A stretch of DNA of 62,950 nt, filler included, from Octopus bimaculoides (Eukaryota), in assembly GCF_001194135.2 (NCBI RefSeq). It is 3 parts of 3 records of this genome, joined end to end, with 100 filler letters (N's around TTAATTAATTAA, not from the genome) between each part and the next. Parts side by side here need not be neighbours in the genome. Positions count along the whole stretch, not along the records: positions 1 to 28,177 come from NC_068989.1; 2 more parts are not named here. One strand, given 5' to 3'. A program made the translations under genes and the position numbers. The notes beneath the pieces were generated by a model that had not been told where the DNA came from, searched no databases, and was given only the letters and a program-made list of their open reading frames with translations. Position 1 is the first letter of the stretch, and the number at the start of each line of letters is the position of its first letter. This document shows positions 13,126 to 24,849 of this stretch, one piece after another.

Positions 13126-13474
13126 CTAATTTATTATTATTCAATTAACTGCATCAAGTACATTTCTGTGTTAGAGTTTAGGGTCGTTGATGTGAGTGCA
13201 GATGTCCTTAATTGTAAACTCTATACATCATATTATACATTCACTGCTTATCTTCATTCTATCTTGTTTAGTGTTCACACTTCAGTTTTATTTCCTGTTC
13301 AGATCACTTCAAAAGTCTTCCATCAGTCGAGGTAGAAAACAAAACACAAGGAAGTCAAACCTTGCCATCGCTACAACCAAGCACTAAAGTGTCAATAGGA
13401 GGAGTCTCTATGTGGTTGCTGAACCTTGTAGAAATAGCAGTCAAATCTCTTTCAAATTACACCCTTCACCTCAA

Positions 13475-13682
13475 CCCTTTAGCATTCAGATTATTCTGTC
13501 ATATGTAATGCTTATCTATTTACATTGTTTTGAATTAATTATGCATTATCTTGTAGCTTTGAGATTTTGGTGATGCAATTGTGTACTTTTAGAATGACAT
13601 TGTAGGGTAGGCGTGAGAAGCCAGATCTGATCAGTTTGAATAGGTAGAATATTTGGATACAGCCAGTTTAAATGTTAAAGGG
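13475..13682. mobile_element. piggyBac-type MITE, same family as 11741
   Basis: tcaa|CCCTTTAGCATT ... AATGTTAAAGGG|TTAA; internal sequence homologous to 11741-11939. Confidence 0.82.
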
Positions 13683-14277
13683 TTAAAGACACTTAACCAC
13701 ACTGAAATTTCTTAAACACAAAGACAAGATGGTCATGGCTGGAACGCTTTTGATCATTGGACTGCTTGATCGGGGATGACTCGAGGCTAAACAAAATGAC
13801 AGCAGCCAAATACTAAGTACATCTCTCAAAAAATTGCTCGAGAAACAAATATGTGAAAATTGTTCACAGGGATGAAAAATATTGGAGATATGGGGAAATG
13901 CAGCATTGTTGTTTAGCCCCAACACTGAACTAGAGTATGATCAAAATCATTCCAGCTATGACCACCTCATTTGTATTTAAGATTTAGGGTGTGATTGAAA
14001 TGAAATTTGACTACTATTTCTAACAGGCTCAGGAAGCACATAAAGGTTCCTTAGGTGGCTTGTAAATTGTAATGTAAAGAGGAGGCCTGTACCAAAATAA
14101 GAAGGCCTGCTTCTTAACCAGACTAACAGTGCATTTTGGTGGTAGTGGTGGTGGTGGTGGTGAGGACACTGAATTCACAAGATGGGAGAAATTATCAAAG
14201 GAGCACTATAAGTATGATGGTAGATACTAAAAAGGGTCTTGACTTTTCTAAGAAATAAAACATTAGAACTATGTACA

Positions 14278-15208
14278 GTCAGTGGCTGTGTGGTAAGTAG
14301 CTTGCTTACCAACCACATGGTTCTGGGTTCAGTCCCACTGCATGGCACCTTGGGAAAGTGTCTTCTACTATAGCCTCGGGCCGACCAAAGCCTTGTGAGT
14401 GGATTTGGTAGACGGAAACTGAAAGAAGCCCGTCGTATATATATATATATATATATATNNNNNNNNNNNNNNNNNNNNNNNNNNNNNNNNNNNNNNNNNN
14501 NNNNNNNNNNNNNNNNNNNNNNNNNNNNNNNNNNNNNNNNNNNNNNNNNNNNNNNNNNNNNNNNNNNNNNNNNNNNNNNNNNNNNNNNNNNNNNNNNNNN
14601 NNNNNNNNNNNNNNNNNNNNNNNNNNNNNNNNNNNNNNNNNNNNNNNNNNNNNNNNNNNNNNNNNNNNNNNNNNNNNNNNNNNNNNNNNNNNNNNNNNNN
14701 NNNNNNNNNNNNNNNNNNNNNNNNNNNNNNNNNNNNNNNNNNNNNNNNNNNNNNNNNNNNNNNNNNNNNNNNNNNNNNNNNNNNNNNNNNNNNNNNNNNN
14801 NNNNNNNNNNNNNNNNNNNNNNNNNNNNNNNNNNNNNNNNNNNNNNNNNNNNNNNNNNNNNNNNNNNNNNNNNNNNNNNNNNNNNNNNNNNNNNNNNNNN
14901 NNNNNNNNNNNNNNNNNNNNNNNNNNNNNNNNNNNNNNNNNNNNNNNNNNNNNNNNNNNNNNNNNNNNNNNNNNNNNNNNNNNNNNNNNNNNNNNNNNNN
15001 NNNNNNNNNNNNNNNNNNNNNNNNNNNNNNNNNNNNNNNNNNNNNNNNNNNNNNNNNNNNNNNNNNNNNNNNNNNNNNNNNNNNNNNNNNNNNNNNNNNN
15101 NNNNNNNNNNNNNNNNNNNNNNNNNNNNNNNNNNNNNNNNNNNNNNNNNNNNNNNNNNNNNNNNNNNNNNNNNNNNNNNNNNNNNNNNNNNNNNNNNNNN
15201 NNNNNNNN

Positions 15209-15241
<33 letters not shown>

Positions 15242-15420
15242 GTGTGTATATGTTTGTGTGTCTGTTTTCCCTCCAGCATCGCTTGACAAAAGAGACCAAT
15301 AGAATAAGTACCTAGGCTTACAAAGAATAAGTCTTGGGGTTGATTTGTTCAACTAAAGGCGGTGCTCCAGCATGGCTGCAGTCAAATGACTGAATCAAAT
15401 AAAAGAATAAAAGAATAGGG
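14278..15420 (+). mobile_element. CORE-like SINE with an N gap in its internal (TA)n
   Basis: Head gtggctgtgtggtaagtagcttgcttaccaaccacatggttctgggttcagtccc, then accttgggaaagtg; 3' half resumes after the gap. Confidence 0.85.
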
Positions 15421-15539
15421 GCCACTGGTCCCTGTAAATATCTAAAATGGGCACCTACCAGGTAGAATAATATAAGAAAGAAAGGAAAGCGCTGAGCTAA
15501 ACTAGCTTCTGTTTAATTAAAGTAATATGCTAAGTCTTT

Positions 15540-15930
15540 TATTTTCATTTCTATTTATCATGCGTTTCAATCATTGAATCGTGGTCATGCTGGAGCACCA
15601 CCTTGAAAGGTTTTAATGAAGAAATAAAATAAAATCACCCCCACTGCTAATTGTTTAAAGTCTGGTACTTATTCTATCACACTCTTTTGCTGATCTGCTA
15701 AATTATGCAGACATAAACAAACCAACACCAGTTGTCAAATGGGGAAAGGGGACATAAAAACACACACACATGCACACAATGGGCTTCTATACAGTTTCCA
15801 CCTATGAATGTACTCACAAGGCATTGGTTGGCCTGGGGCTATAGTAGAAGACACTTGCACAAGGTGCCACACAGTGGAACTGAACCCAGAACCATGTGGT
15901 TGTAATGCAAGCTTCTTAACTACACAACAG
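15540..15930 (-). mobile_element. CORE-like SINE, older copy
   Basis: Reverse-strand match to the family. Confidence 0.8.
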
Positions 15931-16294
15931 CCTTTGCAAACCATGGAGTAGAAGTTTTTAGTTGGTAGTGAGGTGCAAAAAGCTGTGAATCATTATTTTA
16001 GACAAAGAAAAATCAAAACACAATGAAAACAGACATGCCTCAAACTGACAACAAAGTTAAAATTACCATTATCAAAGAGAAACTTATGACTGCAAGGATC
16101 ACAGAAGAATTCCATGAATGTCAGACATCTTTCAATTAATAAAGAATCTGAAACTTGCTTAAGTACCTCAACCTATAAATTCCAGATGTACCAGATAATA
16201 TTCCTTGCTCTTCTTCCTAAATGATTAAAAAAACATTGTTTTCTAATTTCAGAAAAGGTATTCCATACATTAAAAAAAAAAAAAAATTTACAAC

Positions 16295-16670
16295 AAGAGT
16301 GGCTGTGTGGTATGAAGCTTGCTTCCCAATCACATGGTTCCTGGTTCAGTCCCACTGGATGAAACTTGGGCATCTTCCACTAGAGCCACAAACCAACCAA
16401 AGCCTTGTGAGTGGATTTGGTAGATGAAAACTGAAAGAAGTCCGTCATGTGTGTGTATGTGCCTGTGTGTGTTTGTTTCCCACCACCATGTCACAATCGT
16501 TGTTGGTATGCTAACATCCCTGTAACTTAGCAGTTCAGCAAAATAGACCAATAGAATAAGTACCAGGTTTAAAAAACTAATAAACGTATTGGGGTCAATT
16601 CATTTGATTGAAATTCTTCAAGGAAGTGCCCCAGTATGGCTGCAGTCTAATGACTGAAACAAGTAAATGA
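16295..16670 (+). mobile_element. CORE-like SINE
   Basis: Full-length match to the family. Confidence 0.82.
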
Positions 16671-17037
16671 AAAAAAAAAATAGAATTCTTTTAAAACAAG
16701 AATCAGTCAACTTAATAGAAACAGTCACCAAACAAACCAATGAAGGGTCATCTTGTGTCATTGCTTGAGCTGCTAAAAATAGCAACTGAATCTCACTCAA
16801 ATTATGCCCTATGTTTGAATTTGGTTCTACATATACAATGGTTAAAAAATAAGAATAGTCATAAGTTGAACATGTTTGATGATAGTCTTACTGGGTGAGT
16901 CCTAGCTGGAGCCAAGCAACAACAATAACCAGAATCAGATAATAACTTCTCTGATCTCCAAATCAAAGAAACCAGACAGACTTGGCAGTAGCATTTTATA
17001 TGTAATTCAACATGCTTTGTTCATATGTTCTACATAC

Positions 17038-17156
17038 AGACAATATAGATTGCTGCCAAAGTACTGTTTGTAATTGTTATTAAAAAACTGACAGATGCCA
17101 AACAGGAAAAATTGCCATTAAGTTGAGAGAGCAAGGTGTTGAAACAATCCCACAAC
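17038..17156 (-). CDS. Candidate exon (LWDCFNTLLSQLNGNFSCLASVSFLITITNSTLAAIYIV)
   Basis: Acceptor ccatagctag, donor GTATGT, 119 nt with a single open frame, phase 2 to 1. Confidence 0.25.
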
Positions 17157-17254
17157 CTAGCTATGGGAACAAATACATATGTTTGTGTGTATATGCACAC
17201 ACACACACACACGCACATGTATGTAGTTATATATGCACAGATGCAAATAATGGC

Positions 17255-19035
17255 TGCATAGAGAATGACTTGTGAGGATTGGACAAGCTATATACAAAGA
17301 TGCAGTAAGTGAAGTGAGAGTCAACAACAATTTTAGTATTGAATTTAGTTTGAAGGCAGGAGTCTATCAAGGTTCAGTCCTTAGTCCCTTCCTATTTATT
17401 GTAGTCCTACAGGTTAGGTGCCACCAAACTATGGCCCACAGGTTGGATTTGGCCAGTCACCCACTCCATATCTCTTGTGTAAGTACCTGCATTTGCATCT
17501 GGTATGGCATCAGTGTTTGGACCAACTTATGTCTGTGAGCAAACATTTTCAAAAATGAATTATGTGAAGTCAGCACATCGAACGAGGTTGACTGATGGAC
17601 ATTTGAAAGCAATTCTCTTGGTTGGATGCAGCAATTCCAAAGCAAATATTGACGATATCTTAAAAGCTAAACACCAGTTTCACAAATCTCAGTAACCTTT
17701 TTTTGCTGCTTAGTTTGTGACATTCAGATATGTGCACACTGGGTGTGATGTAACTATTTTATTGCTAACGTCGCCTTCTTTGATAACGTTTTGGTAAATA
17801 AATATATAGGTTGCCTTTATTTTTTGTGTAATCACTGTATTGTATTGAACAAAATGGCTATGCGGCCCTTGCTCGTCATTCTCTCAGTTAACTGTAAAAA
17901 ACGTTTAGAAACCCCTGCTACAGGCTATCACAGAGGTGTTTAAGTCAGGCTTTCCACAGGAACTCATATATGCTAAGATCTAGTTCTCATAGATGAATCA
18001 ACAGTGAAATTAAATAGGAAACTTCAAGCACGCACACTAAAGCTAGAATCAAGAGGCCTCAAAAAAAAATTTAGCAAATACTAAAGTTTTAATAAGTAGG
18101 AAAGAAGATAGGACCCTGGGTGATGGCCTTGCTCAATATGCAGCAAGAAGTAGGTATAAAACTCATACATTGTAAATCCAAATTATGATAAACGTAAACA
18201 AACGAAGTTTGCTTTTAGAACCGTTGAGATGTCTTAGAAAGTTAAAATGATTTTTAAATTTTCAAACGTAGGATAATGCTAATAATATAGCCTGAACAGG
18301 ATAAGCTATCCCTAATTTGCAGAAAAAAAGTGTTGGCGGCCAGCACTCAAAGTAAGTTATGAACAGAGAAGAGATGTAGTGGGATAACAAGCAGACTAAC
18401 AGAGAAAGAAAGCTTCATAATGATAGATACACTGGAGGAGTATGTACTATGAGCGCAACAGAAGTAGATTCTTTTAAATGTTTGGATGACTCACTAGAAG
18501 TAACTGATAGCTTTTGTAATTAGCAGAGTAGGGGCTGGCTCTGAAAATCAAGTAGCCATGGTAAGAACAGGTTGGAAATAGTTCAGGGACCTACTTCCAC
18601 GGATGTCAACAAAGGTCTTTTCCCTCAAGAATGAAGGGAATATTGTATGATGCTTGTGTTAGAAATGCAATGCTGTATGGTAATAAGATGCGACTCATAA
18701 ATGTAGAGGACTTGAGAAGACTGGAAAGAAATGATAGTAGCATCCTTTTGTAGAATGTATGAAAAATGAAGTACAAATGCATAGAAAAAAGAATCCTGAG
18801 CATAAAAGGAATCAGATGTAGTATACAAGAACGACTGACAGTGCTGGTATGGATATATGATGCATATGGATGAAGACAACTGTATATAGCAGTGCCAATC
18901 ATTTAATGGGGAAAGAATTTGAGGAAGAGGGAGACCCAGAAGACATGGGACAAAGTGATAAAGGTTCATCTCAGAAAAGATGACAAAGGACTGGGATAAC
19001 TGGTAATATGTCAGTCTGAAGACATGTCCACTTCA
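17255..19035 (+). mobile_element. RTE LINE reverse transcriptase to C-terminus, decayed and interrupted by a hAT element
   Basis: YKDAVSEVRV..GVYQGSVLSPFLFIVVLQ, resuming after the insertion as AITEVFKSGFPQELIYA (YADD region), then LYDACVRNAMLYG, WYGYMMHM and a GRP.KTW-type end. Confidence 0.88.
17415..17917 (+). mobile_element. Internally deleted hAT (Buster/Charlie-like) element keeping the transposase C-terminal dimerisation segment
   Basis: ORF 17504..17695 ASVFGPTYVCEQTFSKMNYVKSAHRTRLTD.HL. Degenerate TIRs taggtgccaccaaac and gtttagaaacccctg; TSD ctacaggt/ctacaggc. Confidence 0.85.
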
Positions 19036-19759
19036 ACTGAAAGATTTTGGAAACACAATGTGTGTTTGTGTGCGTGGGAGAATGTGCACGAGAGAGTGTG
19101 CACGAAAGAGTGTGTGTGAGAGAGTGTCCATGTGTGTGAGAGAGTGGGCGTGTGTGTGAGGGTGTGTAATAGCATGTAAATTTTGGGTTGTATGGTAATT
19201 CTTCAATTTGACAGTTGTTTGACTTTTGACAAAATTCCCTTGGATTGTTGTTCTGTTCTTTGTCTTTGATCACGGAATACACTTCAAAGCTCCCAGACAT
19301 GATTATACACTTTCATTACATCAAGTTGAAGAGCATGGAAAGCTTGGAGAGCTTACATCAGATTATAATCATTGTGAATAGGTTGAAATTATAATCAGAT
19401 AGAGAAGAAAAGTTGTTGTACTTGAAGCAAACTCTAACTGATGCACTTGCTTACATGAACTATACCTGAAGCTGTAATGGTCAATGTACACAACTGATTA
19501 ACACCATTTCAAAGTTAACGAAAAAAAAAAAGAGAGAACAAACAAATACTTTTATATTTCCCAGTCCAATGTTTAAAAAAATCTTACAACCAATGTTTCC
19601 TCTAGGCTATGCACTTGTGTGCATGCACATATTTTACAACTAGTACACAAAGGAGAAATAATGTGTGCACAAGATTTTTTTTATTGAAGATGGTTATTCT
19701 TTGCCTGCATGGCAAAGAAGCAAATTTCTGTGCCTTAGTGAATATTTACTTAAACTCAC

Positions 19760-19809
19760 AAGATGGAATCTGTGTAACCCTTTTGCATCCTTTAGAAAAC
19801 CAAAATTTG
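19760..19809 (-). CDS. Candidate exon (NFGFLKDAKGLHRFHL)
   Basis: Acceptor acttttag, donor GTGAGT, 50 nt. Confidence 0.3.
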
Positions 19810-20241
19810 CTAAAAGTGTTGTAACACATAACAGATGATTATGCTTAAGGTTATTTGTTAAGTTTTTTCAAGAATTAACTTACAACCCCAATATCATTGT
19901 CACTGATAATAAAAGTAGAACATGCATGTTGACTATAGTCAGCTGTTAAATCTTGTGTGGAAATGGCGTTTTGTTGGTTTCAAGGTTCATATTTTTTCAC
20001 TTCTTTCTTTTTCAGTCTTATTATTTGAAATTTCATTTACATCCAGTTTTGTTTTTTTCATAAACTTCTAAATCTCTATTTCCGAAAATGGTTTCTTCCT
20101 TTTCTTTAATATAATTCATTAAATATACAATGCAAAATCATAGTAATGTAAAACTAACAACTTAATGTAAAATTATGATATAGTGACACTTAATGTCAGT
20201 GCAATGCAATGTAAAAGTAGCAACTCAATCTAAAATCACAA

Positions 20242-20375
20242 ACTTCATAGTTCTATGGTTTTTATACTAAGATACTATTTGAAAATAGTATCTTAGTATA
20301 AAATAGTGAAAATAGTATCTTAGTATAAAATAGTGAAAATAGTATCTTAGTATAAAAACCGTAGAACTATGAAGT
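20242..20375. repeat. Palindrome with 39-bp arms enclosing a tandem 27-bp repeat
   Basis: 20242-20280 is the reverse complement of 20337-20375 (1 mismatch). Unit gaaaatagtatcttagtataaaatagt is repeated from 20281. Confidence 0.92.
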
Positions 20376-21594
20376 GAAATCTTTATATTAAATTTTGGTA
20401 GTGCAGCAAAAGTCACATCAATATATCTAAACCAAGACTATTTAAGACTGACATTAAATCTGAGGACCTTACAAACATTAGAGAAGTGACCTATGGTTTC
20501 ATTTGAGTTTCAGTATGTATCACTGTGTCAAAGTTTTCTCTGACCAAAATAAATGATATTTTTGTTGAAAATATTAAAAAAAAAATATGTCATCATAAGT
20601 TGCTTAATTTGACTGAAGTGCAATGTTTGACATAGATGCCGTCAGGATTATTTTTCAAACATAACAAGAAATACTACTGCAAATTACATTCTGAATAATG
20701 TAGGTTTGACAATATCTCTTCATTTGACTTATACTAGCAATGGATCATAAAGAGAACCATTCAAATTAACTCTTCCTTCATTCAAAGAACACACGAAAAG
20801 CATCTAATATCTCAAGGTAACCCACTCTTAACAAAATCTTCCACAACCTTTCCCTGTTAATGGTATCCAATAATCCAATACTTCAGAGAGATCAATAAGG
20901 TATGTTCCACTCTCTACACTTCGCTTTAAGCTAGCAGACACTAACAGTCATATCTACTGTTCCTCATTCAGTGTAGAAACAACACTGGGATTAGACAGAA
21001 TATGTTCAGTGAGGGTATCAATCAGTTGATTCACAATAATTCAGGAGAGTGTTTTTCCAGGCAACAAACAATGGAGAATTTCCTCTGAAATTCCTATACT
21101 TAGGTTTATTACCTTGCTTACAGAACAAAACCAGAACTGCATTTCCCCAGTCTTTGAGGTGCTTTTCCCTCCAGACATCTAGAAATTCAAGCATTCTCTG
21201 ACCTCCATATTTCAGAATTTTGGCTGATTAACTATTTATTCCAAGAGCCCTCTTATCGTTCATGAGGCTCGAAGAAAGTTCAATTTCCCCATGGATAAGA
21301 TCATTACAGACCAATGAGGGTGAGTACAGACATCTCAGCAATATGACTGTTCATACCAGTTTCTGGAATCTTAGAAATAATGAATAAAAATTGACACACT
21401 TACAGAAACAAAACACCAGCATTTTCAGGAACAACTTTATTCCAAATCTTTCACCTCAACAGAATGCCAACCAGGAATAAAAGCCATCCTAATCTTTTAT
21501 TAAAAAATGCCCAAGGCAAATCCAGAACTTATGATGAACAAATAATACACATATAACACACACACAGTGGGAATTGTAAATCTGTGAGATATTA

Positions 21595-21857
21595 TTATTT
21601 ACGTGGCACGTAAACTACACCATTTTGAGCGTGGCCGTTGCCAGTACCGCCTGACTGGCCTTCGTGCCGGTGGCACGTAAAAGCACCCACTACACTCTCT
21701 GAGTGGTTGGCGTTAGGAAGGGCATCCAGCTGTAGAAACTCTGCCAAATCAGATTGGAGCCTGGTGTAGCCATCTGGTTTCACCAGTCCTCCATCAAATC
21801 GTCCAACCCATGCTAGCATGGAAAGCGGACGTTAAACGACGATGATGATGATGATGT
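21595..21857 (+). mobile_element. RTE 3' UTR module (young) with (GAT)n tail
   Basis: Near-identical to 6805-6970, with additional upstream sequence. Confidence 0.8.
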
Positions 21858-22619
21858 CTCCTTTAATGTAGTGTTTAAAAATTCTCTTACTGTTTTATTT
21901 CCACTAAAGATTCATGTCACAACCTCAAACTATTTATATAACTATAATTATTCCTGACCCCTTTTGGGATCTATACATCAATAAAGATGAGTTGACATGT
22001 GCTCTGTTGAGTCTTAATATCAAATATATAGCAGCAGTTTCCACAGAAACTCCACAGCTATTTTGAAACCGATAAGATTGTTAGAAATTTATAAAGAACA
22101 ATGACATAAATAATTTCTTTAAAACCAGTATTTTTTCATTTTTACCTGACAGGCTGAATTCTTGAGATGGTATAAAGTCCATACAGGTAGAATTAAAGCT
22201 ACAGTCTTATGAGGGAATGTCCTTGAGACTATTTTAATTAAACACCATACACCTCTGCTACTTTAAGAATTGTTATCTATAATGTTTATCTTTCATCAAG
22301 AATTAAATACACTTTAAAAAGAGATGTGTACAAATGTCCAAGTGAATATAGAAGTTCATTAATCTTTGTCTTTGACTATGTTATTAAAATTGGTTGAAAA
22401 TGTGACAGAAGAACAATGTATAATAGCAAATGTTTTAGACAATTTTAATTACGGAATGAAACTGAAATCATAATTATCAAACAGCTGTGTTGGTAATGCT
22501 TTTGTAAATCTCTGTACACTGTACTACATCTCTTAATTTAGTAGGAGAGAAAAGTGCACATGGCTGGACCAGAACCCAGAGTTCCAGTGAACAAATACTG
22601 CATAAGTATAGATGTGTGT

Positions 22620-22683
<64 letters not shown>

Positions 22684-23047
22684 NNNNNNNNNNNNNNNNN
22701 NNNNNNNNNNNNNNNNNNNNNNNNNNNNNNNNNNNNNNNNNNNNNNNNNNNNNNNNNNNNNNNNNNNNNNNNNNNNNNNNNNNNNNNNNNNNNNNNNNNN
22801 NNNNNNNNNNNNNNNNNNNNNNNNNNNNNNNNNNNNNNNNNNNNNNNNNNNNNNNNNNNNNNNNNNNNNNNNNNNNNNNNNNNNNNNNNNNNNNNNNNNN
22901 NNNNNNNNNNNNNNNNNNNNNNNNNNNNNNNNNNNNNNNNNNNNNNNNNNNNNNNNNNNNNNNNNNNNNNNNNNNNNNNNNNNNNNNNNNNNNNNNNNNN
23001 NNNNNNNNNNNNNNNNNNNNNNNNNNNNNNNNNNNNNNNNNNNNNNN

Positions 23048-23112
<65 letters not shown>

Positions 23113-23476
23113 ATCACATATGTATAATAATTTAAGATATTTATTTCACCATCAATTGTCTTACAAATAATGTAAATGATATGTTGTGCATAATAGATTA
23201 TATCTTTGATTTCATTCTACCATTAAACAGTACATATGTAAGGCAGCATTAGAATATATTATACACACACCCACACAACATTTATATATATGCATGATTA
23301 TGTCCATATGTATTGTAGACAACACATATCTTGGTATATAAAATAAGAAAGGAATGTAGAAAGAGTTGCAAGGAAATCTATCAGCTACATGTAGTAAAAA
23401 CAGGGATTTTGTTGATTTCTTACAACTAATGTATTTGGAAATGCTTTGTAAGAATGTGTATGTGTGTTTGTATGGA

Positions 23477-23511
<35 letters not shown>

Positions 23512-23985
23512 ATATCTGAGTGTGTGAGTGTATGCATAAAAAAATCAAGGCAAGAGAAATTATACATTCCACAGAAACACTTATAGTTACAAGAGTCAGA
23601 TGTGTAGAAATCCACAGCTTTTTACAGATCTATTTTTAGATTTATGCATGCACTTTTCATTCTAAATCTTGATTTTGTCACTCGGTCAAAATCAATTAAG
23701 TGCCAATAATATTCTGGAACTGGACTAATCAACAAATAACTACTTAGAAAGAAGACTCAACAAATGAAAGGAAAAAGGGAGCATTTCTTCCAGCAAAAAT
23801 GTTGGCAAAAGCATGGCGAGCTCAATCTATTTCTTCAGTGACCAAATTGTCATCCAGTCCAAAATTCTGAGTGGAACTATATTTTCACAAGTCAAATATT
23901 TGAGAAAAGACATAAACATTGAAACTTATACACAATCGAGACCATATTGAATTAAATTAACCATCTATGTATCATACTCAACATT

Positions 23986-24180
23986 CAGGGTGTCCATAAA
24001 TTACCTTTACAATTTGAAAAATTCAGGAAAAAAAGAGATGTAAAGATAACTGAATAGAGTTTATTGGAAAACATAAGCAAACAAATAAAGTTTTATTAGA
24101 AATATCAGAACAACTTCCACATGGGTTCTATTAGTTGCATGCAACACATCTAGGCAATACAATAAAATAAATTGTGGAAG
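23986..24180 (-). mobile_element. mariner-like terminal fragment
   Basis: cagggtgtccataaattacc TIR; homologous over about 170 bp to the reverse complement of 31490-31665. Confidence 0.6.
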
Positions 24181-24849
24181 CTGTAAAGATAATTTATAGA
24201 CACCTTGTATATACTCAGCTGACAGGCCAGTTACTGCAGAATTTGCCTGGAGACAACATCACTTACAGACATGCTCACTTAAAAACAAATATTGAAGAGA
24301 GACAAAAATTTGTTCCAGTGATAACTAGGAAGAACACCAAATGCATTTCAGCCCTTTTGGGCCTTGTCAATGATGCATACCTATAGGCAGCCACATGTTG
24401 AAATGAGAACCCCTTCCAATGCAGAAAATAGAATAAAACATTAAACTAATATTGTGAGCTGGAAGTACACATTATTGAAAAAGTTCAAGGAGGTCAAAAA
24501 GCATCTGGTGTTCTAACTAGCTATTGCTCAGACAAATTTTCATTTCCTTCAAGTATTTATTGTTTTTATCACAAGTCCATAAGCGATGCTATCTTAGGAC
24601 AATAATAATGCAGCAAGTGGCCTGTCAACAGTGTGTATAACTGTGCATCACTCCAGTTGTGACCAATCCATTTTTTTTTTTTTTACCGTGTAAGGAAAAC
24701 TCAGAATCACATTAACAAACAAGACATCTAAATATACACACACACACATAAATACATAATGGCCATCCACTTGTAACTGAAGAAAACTATTACTGACCTT
24801 TAGGAACATTGTGTGCTCAAGACTACCTGATACTTTACACTTGCAGCTC

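Noticed and set aside
20700-21480. Coding-like stretch, possibly an old L1/Tx1 3' region
   Set aside because: Only isolated motif hints (KFLYLGL, FWNLRN) among many stops; cannot be assigned.
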